Shown here piece by piece: positions 21,600 through 32,612 of a stretch of 64,000 nt of DNA; the first letter of the stretch is position 1, and each line of letters opens with the position of its first letter. A program made the position numbers and the translations under genes. The stretch lies in NCBI GenBank assembly GCA_964247055.1, contig OZ176053.1, forward strand, positions 868,001-932,000, given 5' to 3'. Below the pieces are notes generated by a model that saw only the letters and a program-made list of their open reading frames with translations, was not told the origin of the DNA and ran no database searches. Source of the stretch: Paragordius varius. Its lineage: Eukaryota > Animalia > Nematomorpha.

Positions 21600-22445
21600 A
21601 AAATTAACACACACTTTTCAATATTGATTTTCTAAATTATATGGATATGATTGATTCTTTCTTAGTATGCTTGCCATAAAAATTGGCTCATGTTATATAT
21701 AAATAGTTGAAACTATGCTTTTTGGTAATATTACATTTTCAAAACATTATTATGCATTTTTGTAAAAAATATAGACATGTGTTAATTCCAATAGAATTCG
21801 TTTTTGATAAGCAATTTTAACAAGTCAATTTATAGATAATTATATAATCGCAACGTAAAAAGACCAATTTACATCTCTACTTCATACTTTGCAATTTAAA
21901 AGAGTTATATTTAAAAAAATCAAGTTAGATTTTAAAAAAATGCTTACCATATTGATTTTACATTTGTCAGTTTTCTTTTTGTTTCATGTTTTGTCCGTAT
22001 AATGGCGAGTTTTTATATAAAATCTATTTATAAGCCTTACAAATGTCCAAACTCATGTGGTATGGTTATAGCGGTATTGAATCTATTGACATGTATGATG
22101 GTACAATTCTCCGTTTACATTCTTTCAAGATATGCAACGCCTTAAAATGTTTTTATATATATAAATTGATAATATGATATGAAAGTTTTATAATAATTAA
22201 ATGAAAACAATTGTAGAAAATAAAATATATTTATTCATAAGCGATATTAACCAAAAATATATAATCATTATAACAAGAGCATTTAAAAAATATATTTTTT
22301 AAAAAAAATTAAAGATTAAAGAACCATTCTGCTAAAATCCAGGAATTGTCCAGGAATGCTGCTAGACGCCTTTTTTGAATTTATGTATGTGTGAATACCA
22401 TCAGGCATAAAAAATACAACTTTAAGTGGGCGAGAATTTCTTTCG
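21600..22445 (-). pseudogene. Decayed M12B metalloprotease exons of the ADAMTS-type gene, copy 1
   Basis: Exon 22140-22041 reads GVAYLERM*TENCTIIHVNRFNTAITIPHEFGH with intact AG/GTAAG sites but TAA (22117-22115) where ADAMTS proteins have a conserved Cys. Fragments FYWN*, CFENVILPK and YNLENQY* at ~21830-21600 are broken by stops and frameshifts (lower confidence). Confidence 0.8.
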
Positions 22446-22455
22446 ATATCTTTAA

Positions 22456-23037
22456 CACTTGGATGCAACACGCTCATTTTAGTCCTTCGATTCAAATTGG
22501 GGTAGTTGGATACCCCAGGCCTGTTTAAAATCAAATACTTTAAAAAGTATCCAAGCAATCAAAACCATGGCAAAATTTTGCACTTATATAACATTAATAA
22601 ACAGAAATATATAAAAAATTTTATTCAAAAATACTTAATATTACTTATTTTGAGCTAAAACTGAAAGGTGTAAATTTAGCCAACGTGACATGTGTCAAAT
22701 TGTAAAATTAAAAAATAATACAAAATATACCGCTATTTCTATTTCTATCAATGTTAGATGTAATTTATATGAAAAATAAGCTTTAGTTTTACCCTTAAAA
22801 TTAAATGAAGACGATATTTTGCAAAATTTTTGCAAAATAAAAATGGCGTCGAAGTAGTTTGAGATGAAACTTTTTTTTCAAAACAAAATTTTATCAAGAT
22901 ATTTTGGCATATTCATATAATATTTATCAGGATAGAAGCATAAATTTAAATTGGGACCGTTTCCTTCAGTAGTTTTTTAAAAATTTTAATTTAAATTTAG
23001 TCTGGGGTATTTAGATACCCCAATTTGAATCGAAGTG
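22456..23037. mobile_element. 582-bp TTAA-flanked non-autonomous DNA transposon (piggyBac-like), present only in duplication copy 1
   Basis: TTAA (22452-55)|CACTTGGAT..ATCGAAGTG|TTAA (23038-41); sub-terminal inverted repeat CTTCGATTCAAATTGGGGTA..ATACCCCAG / CTGGGGTAT..TACCCCAATTTGAATCGAAG; the paralogous site in copy 2 has a single TTAA (42469-72). Confidence 0.88.
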
Positions 23038-24597
23038 TTAATATAAATGTTATCCCATCTATCCTAATTTATACCGTCATACTTAAAACCTTTGTATATT
23101 TTATACAAATAAGAATTAAAGATAATATAATGCTACGCTTTTATATTATCAACAAGTCATCTTTTTGTCGAATTGGTTAGTATATATCCATAATGAAAAA
23201 ATATTACTTACATACATTGCGATGTCTTTTTTCGTAAATAAATAATTAAATACAAAATATTGCAATTTAGTGATAGTGTTTTAGCGAGTTAATATACAAC
23301 ATATATTACGATATTTTAATATATTTAGTATAGTTACTATCTATATTCATCTAGTGAAACTAACTCAATTTTAAATTGAAAAAGGCTGAGTCTCCGCCTT
23401 ATAAAAAAATGAACCAAATTCCTAACCTTAGCCCATAAAGTCAAAAGCCTTAAATATTTGCCAGGGTATCATGATGTACTTTTTATATAAATATGATATA
23501 TTGGGTAGATGTGCGTATATAAGTCTATAAAATAAAATTTTTACCGCATCTTAAAAAGTTTTCAATTTAATGCCATAACATATGATTACCCTAAACATAT
23601 ATCTTAATTGATAAATTTAAGTAATGTGTTGATTTATTATAAGTTTAAACTTAAGGAGATATTTAGTTGGGATAATTTTTCGGAATTTTAAATTTAAACC
23701 TTCCATTAAAAACGTTTGGACTAATCGATTTTCTAGACAATACATAAAAGTAACTGAAAAGACAGTTCCAATTCAAATTGCTTTTATATTCAAAAGTATT
23801 TATAAATAGCCAAAAAAGATTATACTAAAGTATTTCGACGCCAATTTTATTTATGTTTTTTGCGAAATATCATGATTTGATTTTAACGCTAAATTTAAAG
23901 TTTATTTTTTATCAAAAAGATACAAACATTATCAATAGTGATTTTTGGATTATTTTAATTAGCTAATGCACACATGTCATGATGGCCAAAAAATTTTCTT
24001 GAGGTTTATACATTAAATAGGCAGTATCAAGATATTAAATAAATCTTTTTTTATATTTTGCTTAATAGTTATAATGTAAACCCTTCCACTGGTTTTGATT
24101 TTGTTCCATATTTAAAAAATATTAGATTTTAAACAGCCACTACTACTTCCTAATTTAATATATGATTGAAATTAATGTATTGTATCCAAGGGTTATATTA
24201 TTAAAATATGTCATTTAATAAATTTTCAAATTAACAAAGTGGTGATAAGCAGTATTTTGAAAACATAAATGGTCTACTTTGGAATAAACATCCTTAAAAT
24301 AATTTGCAAATAAATACATTAAAAAAATTTCATTAAATCTCAGCATTAATATAAAGCAGAAATCTCAGATAACTGAATGCCATTAATTTTCAGACTTTTA
24401 GAAAATTTTAATAAACTTCATAAAAATATTTAAATCCTAACCTATTTTTTTAATATTCAAGATTGGATAATAACATCTATCTAGAAATATTTAGCGCCTA
24501 ATATTAGTCTCATCACATAAGAATAATATTAAATATATTTAGCAGAACCAAATTATTTTTTATAAATACAAGGCCTGTTTTATAAATTTATAACAGA

Positions 24598-24712
24598 AAA
24601 TGCGTGAATCTCGGCCTGCTTCGCAGCCCGAGGAACTCCTGCGGACTTCTTTAAGAAAATGAACCAACTCCAATCCCTCACCCTAACCCTAGCCCACAAA
24701 CTCGAAAACCTT
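24598..24712. repeat. ~115-bp GC-rich dispersed element (two hairpins + four-tract C3/G3 motif), copy A
   Basis: Near-identical to 44344-44460 and to the reverse complement of 32495-32612. Confidence 0.9.
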
Positions 24713-25809
24713 AAAATATATCCTTTAAAATCTGATTAACATAATTAACATTTTTCACTTAAACTATTTGGTTATATTTGCTCTTTAAAAAAGATATCTT
24801 ACAGCTTTCTAAAAACGACTGGAACCGATATAAATCACTATTTTTTCAAAAGAAGCAAAAATTAATGAAAAGATTTAATTTTTATTATAAATTGTTTATT
24901 GCGCGTGGTAAATCTCCGTTACATGATATTTAAACAATTTCTTAATATAAAAATTTCACTATTTATTAGGACGGTTTCAACGAAAATGTTGCTTTTGAGT
25001 CTTGAGAATATTTTATAGATAATGCATTATTTAAGTATTTTCACAATTGAAAATAAATTAATTTATGGTAGGAAAACAAACCTGATATATATGTATTGCT
25101 CTATGCCAAAAGTATAAAATTAGTGTTTAATAATGTTCTCTTTTTAAAAAGATCCAACCAAGTCTTATCTCTTACCTTAACCCTTAGCCCTAAACAAGAG
25201 ATAGCCAACCTAAGCAAAACAAATTATATATGAATGATTTCCATTTAAAATTTAATATTTATTAGAATGGACGGATTGAGATACATTTAATAAGCATCTT
25301 TAAATAATTTTCACCTCCATATACATATATAATTATTATGTGTGATTGATCTTAATTTGTATTGGAAAGAACTTGCATTTTATTGTTAGATAATAAATGA
25401 ATAGTTATATGATTTAGCATTTAGTATAGATTATAAGATTGCTGGACTATTATCTTTTAAAATTTTATTAATAAGTAATATGATTATTAATAATTTTATT
25501 GAATAATTATATTTAGCATTTATATATACAATTCAAAGCTTTGAATCAAGAAAAAGATTAACCTGAAAATTGTACCTTAAATATATAAACCTCATCTATA
25601 AAATATTTTAGACAATTAATAAATATTAACATAAATTTAATTGTAAAAATCACTTATATTACCTATATCATTAACTTGATTTTTAAATTTTAGATAAATT
25701 TAAATTATAGGCATAACATTTATATATTTTATGAATAATATTTTTTAAATAATTATTTTTAGATATGCCATATTTTTTTTAACATATAATTTTCTGCGAA
25801 TTAACTTTT

Positions 25810-26090
25810 ATATCTTTATAGGCGCCAGCTAGTAAAACAATGTTGTAATAAAATATATTCTTATATAATGTTATATATGCACATGAGAACAAAAAGGAAA
25901 ACATTATGTGTGCGATCGAGCTAGGCGCCCAAACAAACAAGCGAATAATAATAAGAGAAGAGAGGGAAAAGCAATAACAAACAAACAGACGGATTTTTCT
26001 CGAAGGGGAGAAAAGGCGCAAATGCGCACTTTATTTTGATTGGTGGAGAGGGAACGCACGTGTTCCCACTCCTATATATACAACGAAAAA
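25810..26090. promoter_or_regulatory. Possible Pol II promoter-like island (paralogue ~45555-45830)
   Basis: On minus: CACGTG E-box, CCAATC, a pyrimidine tract, then GGCGCCTATAAAGA (TATAAA = plus 25815-25820), upstream of the minus-strand ADAMTS-type gene. These short motifs could be chance. Confidence 0.35.
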
Positions 26091-27049
26091 TTTAATAATT
26101 TTCATTTTTTATTTTTTTTAAAAATATTTTTTGGATACTTTGTGCGTGCATGCATGTTCCCTTTCCATGTCTTGTTCCGGTTACCATTTTGTTAACATGA
26201 TGTATCTGTTAATCAATCTCAACATCAACAAATCAAGTAAATTATTATATTTTAATTTAAAAGGAATTGTTAATTGTCAAAACAAGAGAATGTCCAAGCA
26301 AAACCTGGAAACAATCATTTTTTATGGGAAAAATCTCACAAATTAAAACAAACCACACATTGTATTGGAATGCTATGGTTATGAATGCTAAAACGAAATG
26401 GGAAATAGCTTAATATAATGCTTCCCTATGATTTATGTAAGTTTTGCATGTTTTGAATATACTTTGTGATTAAAATAACACTCTACTTTTGGTAATAAAA
26501 TACTGGGAGATACGATTTACATTAAAAACAACTAGTAGTTATTGCTTAATTTATTTTTGACTTTTTCTTGCTATTTTCTATCTGTTTTCGTTAATTTTAT
26601 GCGGCCAATTTAAACAAAACCTACCATCTCTATGTGTGTTGTAAATGTACTTTATATTATATGTTGTTTGAAGAAATGAAGAAATAAATTGAATAATATA
26701 TATTTAATTATATATTGTTAACAAAGTATGTGTAGCTACTCTATTAAATTACTATAATTTTAAATAATTATTTTTTATTTGGGAGGTGTAGTACTTGTTA
26801 TTCCCTCTCAAATTCAACCGATTTTCTGCAATTCAAAACAAAACGCATCTATATATCTAATAAATCACAGCAATTTGCAATTTTGGTGTATGGATTTTCA
26901 TTTCATTCTTTGACAATTAACTGAATATCTCAAATTCTTATTTTTTTTTTAAAAATAATTTTTATAAAAAAGCTAAAATCGTAAAAGGCGTAAGAAATGT
27001 ATCCGAAATTTTTTTAAACCAAAAACTGTTGAAATATCACTATATTAAA

Positions 27050-29150
27050 ATATTTTTTAAAAAACGCTTTTTTATCAAAAAATCATTTAAATTAAGGTTT
27101 GGTTTTTAATTTAAAAATTGACTAAAAATGCGCTTATTTTTTAAAAAATCTCCTAAAAATGCGTTTTCCTTTTAAAAAATCACGTAAAAATGTGCTTTTG
27201 CCTATTTAAAAAATCATAAAAAGCGCTCTCTTTTGAAAAAATATCCTAAAAATGCGTTATTCGCTAAAAATAAGCTTTTTTATTAAAATATCCTAAATAT
27301 GCGGATTCTTTTAAAAAATCTCATAAAAGGTTGCTTTTTTAATCAAACAATTATTGAAAATCAGCATTTTCAATAAATCACTAAAAATCGGTTATTTTTG
27401 TTTAAATTTCGCTAAAAATAAGTTTTCCTTTATTAAAAAATTCCCTAAAAGTACTTCTGCTCATTAAAAAACTTCCAAAAATGTGCTTTTTAATTCAAAA
27501 AGTCACTAAAAATCCGTCATTTTTATTAAAAATTCGTTAAAAATAAGTTTTTATTCTCAAAATGCGGATTCATTTAAAAAATTTCCTAAAAACGTGCTTT
27601 TTTAATCCAAAAATAAAAATCGGCCTTTTCACTAAAAATAAACTTTTTTTAAAAAAAATTTAAAAATAAGCTTTTTCTTATTAAAAAATCCTAAAAATGC
27701 GGATTATTTTAAAAAATCTCTTAAAACGGTGCTTTTTTAATACAATTATTAAAAATCAGCTTTTTCAATAAATCACTAAAAATCGATTTTTGTTTAAAAT
27801 TCGCTAAAAATAAGTTTTCTTTTATTATAAAATTCTCAAAATATTCTTATAAAAAATCTCCTAATAACGTGCTTTTTAAATCAAAAAGTCACTAAAAAGC
27901 GGACTTTTTACAAAAAATAAGCTTTTTTAAAAAAATCCTAAAAATAAGCTTTCTTTTATTAAAAAGTCTCCTAAAAATGCGCTTTCTTTTTAAAAAAATA
28001 TCCTAAAAAGTTAATTTACTAAAAATGCGCTTTCTTTTTAAAAAATCTCTTAAAAATGCGCTTTCTTTTTAAAAAAAATCTCCTAAAAAGTTCATTCACT
28101 AAAAATGCGCTCTCTTTTTGAAAAATCTCGTGAAAATGCGCTTTCTTTTTAAAAGATCTCGTGAAAATGCGAAAAGATCTCCTAAAAATGCGCTATCTTT
28201 TTAAAATATCTCCTCGCTTGCATTTTTTTATTGAAAAATATCCTAAAAAGTTAATCGAAAATTATCAAAAAATCGGTAATTTTTATTTACAATTCACTAA
28301 AAATGAACTTTCTTTTTAAAAAATCTCCTAAAAAGTTAATTCACTAAAAATGCGCTCTCTTTTCAAAAAAATCTCCTAAAAAGTTAATTCACTAAAAATG
28401 CGCTCTCTTTTCAAAAAAATCTCCTAAATTAATTCACTAAAAATGCGCTCTCTTTTTAAAAAAATCTCCCAAAAAGTTAATTCACTAAAAATGCGCTCTT
28501 TTTTTGAAAAATCTCGTGAAAATGCGCTTTCTTTTTAAAACATCTCGTGAAAATGCGCTTTCTTTTTAAAAGATCTCCTAAAAATGCGCTATCCTTTTAA
28601 AAGATCTCCTAAAAATGCGCTATCCTTTTAAAATATCTCCTAAAAATGCGCTTTCTTTTTAAAAAAATCTCCTAAAAAGTTAATTCACTAAAAATGCGCT
28701 CTCTTTTCAAAAATCTCCTAAAAAGTTAATTCACTAAAAATGCGCTCTCTTTTTGAAAAATCTCGTGAAAATGCGCTTTTTTTTAAAAGATCTCGTGAAA
28801 ATGCGCTTTCTTTTTAAAAGATCTCCTAAAAATGCTCTCTCTTTTTGAAAAATCTCGTGAAAATGCGCTTTCTTTTTAAAAGATCTCCTAAAAATGCGCT
28901 ATCTTTTTAAAATATCTCCTAAAAATGCGCTATCTTTTTAAAATATCTCCTAAAAATGCGCTATCTTTTTAAAATATCTCCTAAAAATGCGCTTTCTTTT
29001 TAAAAAAATCTCCTAAAAATGTCCATTTTTTTATTGAAAAATATCCTAAAATGTTAATCGAAAATTATCTAATAATCGGTAATTTTTATTTACAATTTAC
29101 TAAAAATGAGCTTTCTTTTTAAAAAAATGTCCTAAAAATGCGCTTTCTTT
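27050..29150 (+). repeat. Satellite array (~31-bp monomer), short version in duplication copy 1
   Basis: Degenerate CTAAAAAT(G)..TTTT..AAAA units from ~27050 grade into regular CTCCTAAAAATGCGCT(A/T)TCTTTTTAAAA(T/A)AT units by ~27970. Confidence 0.93.
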
Positions 29151-29221
29151 TTAAATTTTGTTAAAAAGTGGCCGAAAATTTCGTTAACAAAACTCTTTTT
29201 TATGTTAATGTATCATTTGTT

Positions 29222-30135
29222 TTTATCTAATCAGTTGTTTTTATAAATCAGCTGTCTTTATCTAATCAGCTGTTTGTATTTCAGCTGTTTGTATTTCAGC
29301 TGTTTTTATAATTTAGTTGTTTTTATAATTTAGTTGTTTTTATAATTTAGTTGTTTTTATAATTTAGTTGTTTTTATTTATCAGTTGTTTTTATTTATCA
29401 GTTGTTATTTTATCAGTTGTTATTTTATCAGTTGTTATTTTATCAGTTGTTTTTAATTTATCAGTTGTTTTTTATAAATTAGTTGTTTTTTATAAATTAG
29501 TTGTTTTTATAAATCAGTTGTTTTTATATATCAGTTGTTTTTATATATCAGTTGTTTTTATAAATCGGTTGTTTTTATAAATCGGTTGTTTTTATAAATC
29601 GGTTGTTTTTATAAATCGGTTGTTTTTATAAATCGGTTGTTGTTTTTATAAATCGGTTGTTTTTATAAATCGGTTGTTGTTTTTATAAATCGGTTGTTTT
29701 TATAAATCAGTAGCTGTTTTTATTTTATCAGTTGTTTTTATAAATAAGCTGTTTTTATTTTATCAGTTGCTTTATATATCAGTTGCTTTATATATCAGTT
29801 GCTTTATATATCAGTTGCTTTATATATCAGTTGCTTTATATATCAGTTGCTTTATATATCAGTTATTTTTATAATTCAGTTGTTTTTATAATTCAGTTGT
29901 TTTTATAAATCAGTTGTTTTTATAAATCAGTTGTTTTTATAAATCAGTTGTTTTTATAAATCAGTTGTTTTTATAAATCAGTTGTTTTTATAATTCAGTT
30001 GTTTTTATAAATCAGTTGTTTTTATAATTCAGTTGTTTTTATAATTCAGTTGTTTTTATAATTCAGTTGTTTTTATTTTATCAGTTGTTTTTATTTTATC
30101 AGTTGTTTTTGTTATTAATTTGATTTGTCAGTTGT
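29222..30135 (+). repeat. 17-19-bp minisatellite (consensus ATCAGTTGTTTTTATAA) with variant blocks
   Basis: Dozens of head-to-tail units with locally homogeneous variants (ATTTAGTTG, ATCGGTTG, ATCAGTTGCTTTATAT, ATTCAGTTG). Confidence 0.95.
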
Positions 30136-31714
30136 TTTTCATTATAAAGCAGTTGATTCTCCTTAAAAGAGTGATTGAATATTTAATGACGAGTCAAACA
30201 ACCTTATTTCTTAGTATTTAAATGTAACAAAACTCAAACATATATGTTTTTAAATAACAGATGTTAAAATTCGTAATATAACGATAAAGGATAATTAATT
30301 AGAATAAAATGAAAGTATATTTAAATATTATAAACGATATGTGAAACCCTTCGTCAATAGTAATCGCAGACTAGTTTCGTGCTTGTTAACACTCATCAGT
30401 ACGAATCTATTTAATTATCCTTTATCGTTATATTACGGATTTTAACAACTGTTATTACAAAAAATAACCAATCCGTTATTTACCATTACAATATATGTTT
30501 TTTATTTATCAGTTTATATTTATCAATTATTTTTATTTATTAATTGTTTTTATTCAATCAGTTGTTTAATCTGTTTTTATACAATGTTTTATAGGCTATT
30601 TTAAAATTTTGATATAATGTTTTTATATGGTTTATAACATTTTTTTAGCTAAAATTTTTAATAGCGTTTTTATTAAATTTAATTTGTAACAAATATATTT
30701 TCTTCAAATTTAGATATGTATAGCTTCCCTTAATTCGTGCAAAAACTAAAACGAAACGTATAGAAGAACTCAACATTGAATTATCCCAAAGATGGTAATT
30801 ATTTTTACTTTTTAAAGATTGATTTTGTTAATGTTTTGAAGACAAAAATGTTTTTAATAATCTATCTTTTCCTTAAATTATTTTTTTAAAAAAAGAGTTA
30901 TTTATATACCAACTATATAAAAACCGTAAAAGTCAGCTGATATATATAGATGACTTTTACTTTATGGCTTAAAGGATTTAAAATGAATTAAAGAATTTTT
31001 TAAAACTTTCTCTTGGAAGCTGATAATACAACACCCACTATTTAGCAAAATGTATGAAAACTTTTAAATTATATATTTTATTTACAACATTACTATTATA
31101 TGCATTCTTATACTACCCTATTTGATTTATATTTCTTTCCTAACTCACTTATGAAACTTACAATTATTTTTAGATTAGATATTATCTTTTGAAAGATTTT
31201 GTAAATATATAAATAAATTTTTGTTTTACGTTTTAGCTTTATAATATTTTTATATAACTTAGAATGAGTCAACCAACCACTCTGTGGATAACCGAAATAT
31301 TTGGCTTACTATTATTTGGAAGTGGTATAAATATTTTAATTATATAACCGTTGTTTTCATTAAACTATAATTAATTTACATTGAACTTATATTTTTATAT
31401 AAACGCCTTAAACAAATTGGATTTCTTTTAGAACAGCTAAAATTAAATTTTTCACTATCGGTATCTTTTCATAAAGCGGATGACCAAACCCCATTTTTTA
31501 GGAAAAAGCTGTTTATTTGCTATAACAATTTATTTTATGATTCATTTTTATTAATTATATTTTTTTCCATCGATATCTTGTTTAAATTTTTTTCATACAG
31601 TATGTATCTATTTTTGAATAATTTTGATCTTTTTGGTAACATGTCGATGTTGTTTAACAGTAAGCTTTGATGGTGCATCATCGTTATGAAATAGTTCTTT
31701 ATCAATATAATCTG

Positions 31715-32070
31715 TTTTAGCAGATTGTGTTCTTGGATCTCCAGATCAATCTTTTTATCCCAGGTTAGGCGTAGGCGACCGAGCTTATTGTTCCCGGGTG
31801 GAATGATGTCGAATGAGGTCCTGATCGGATTGTCAGGATTCATACGGTCAGTAGTACCTCATTTTTTTGAATTGGGTGAATTTGTCTATTGGCACCATTT
31901 TTATGTGATTGCGGATATCTTGGGGATTTAGTTGCGTTGACATCAAGCGTAGTATGCGATTTCCGCGCTGATAAAACCTTTTTCTTGAGGTTGTGTTAAT
32001 GCCATGGTTTCTGTAGCATATGTCAAAATTGGTCTTATGCCCATTTTATAAATTAAGCCTTTTCTTTTAT
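31715..32070 (-). mobile_element. Decayed 3' fragment of an RTE-type non-LTR retrotransposon ORF
   Basis: Minus-strand frames give YKMGIRPILTYATETMALT, RILRLM..DIRNHIKMVPIDKF..KMRYY* and DRMNPDNPIRTSF..PPGNNKLGRLRLTWDKKIDLEI. This matches the post-RT region of RTE-like LINEs (IRPxLxYxxETW..LRWxGH..RM..GRPRxxW); it contains frameshifts and a stop. Confidence 0.75.
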
Positions 32071-32494
32071 GTGGGGTTTATATCTAATTCTACTATGCCT
32101 TATTATCTATCACTGTAAATAATTTGCTATATTAAGTTTTTTTGGTGTAGTTACGAACTTTCGAATTAATATTTTTTTAGTAATCATTTTTAAAATGATT
32201 CTAGGTGGTTGATTGAAGTTATGTAAAACAGTTAAAGTATGTTTTTGGGTAAGAAATATATTTGTTTTACTTAAACCCGCTATTTTCATTAAAAATGATT
32301 GTTTAATATATCATTGATAAGTTTATTTGATGTTCTTTAACTTTGTCACATGTGGATAAATATTTTATTGTTTTCCTTCCCAACGTAAATCCCTACCATA
32401 GGCTCAACTTTTATTAAAGACATTATTGTATGGCTTTTAGGTAATGAAATTAGGGTTACTAGAAATAATCATTTTAGCAATATAAGGAATAACT

Positions 32495-32612
32495 TTAAGG
32501 GCTTCGAGTTTGTGGGCTAGGGTTAGGGTGAGGGATTGGAGTTGGTTCATTTTCCTAAAGAAGTCCGCAGGACTTCCTCGGGCTGCGAAGCAGGCCGAGA
32601 CCCACGCATTTT
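32495..32612. repeat. ~115-bp GC-rich dispersed element, copy C (inverted, outside the duplication)
   Basis: GGGCTAGGGTTAGGGTGAGGG at 32514-32534 followed by GAAGTCCGCAGGACTTC and CTCGGGCTGCGAAGCAGGCCGAG. Confidence 0.9.

Larger units (their letters stand above)
14740..29150 (+). repeat. Segmental duplication, copy 1 (GPCR + ADAMTS-type gene + satellite)
   Basis: Collinear with ~34800 onward at an offset of ~20 kb (GPCR ATG 15286 vs 35299); similarity starts at ATTTAGTTGATATATTATT (~14742) and runs into the satellite. Confidence 0.95.

Noticed and set aside
24598-24712. Hammerhead or HDV ribozyme, or tRNA-derived SINE identity for the GC-rich module
   Set aside because: No CUGAnGA/GAAA core, no nested double pseudoknot and no A/B boxes could be identified by eye.
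29368-29580. 70-aa hydrophobic ORF (LSVVI repeats)
   Set aside because: Translation of the minisatellite.
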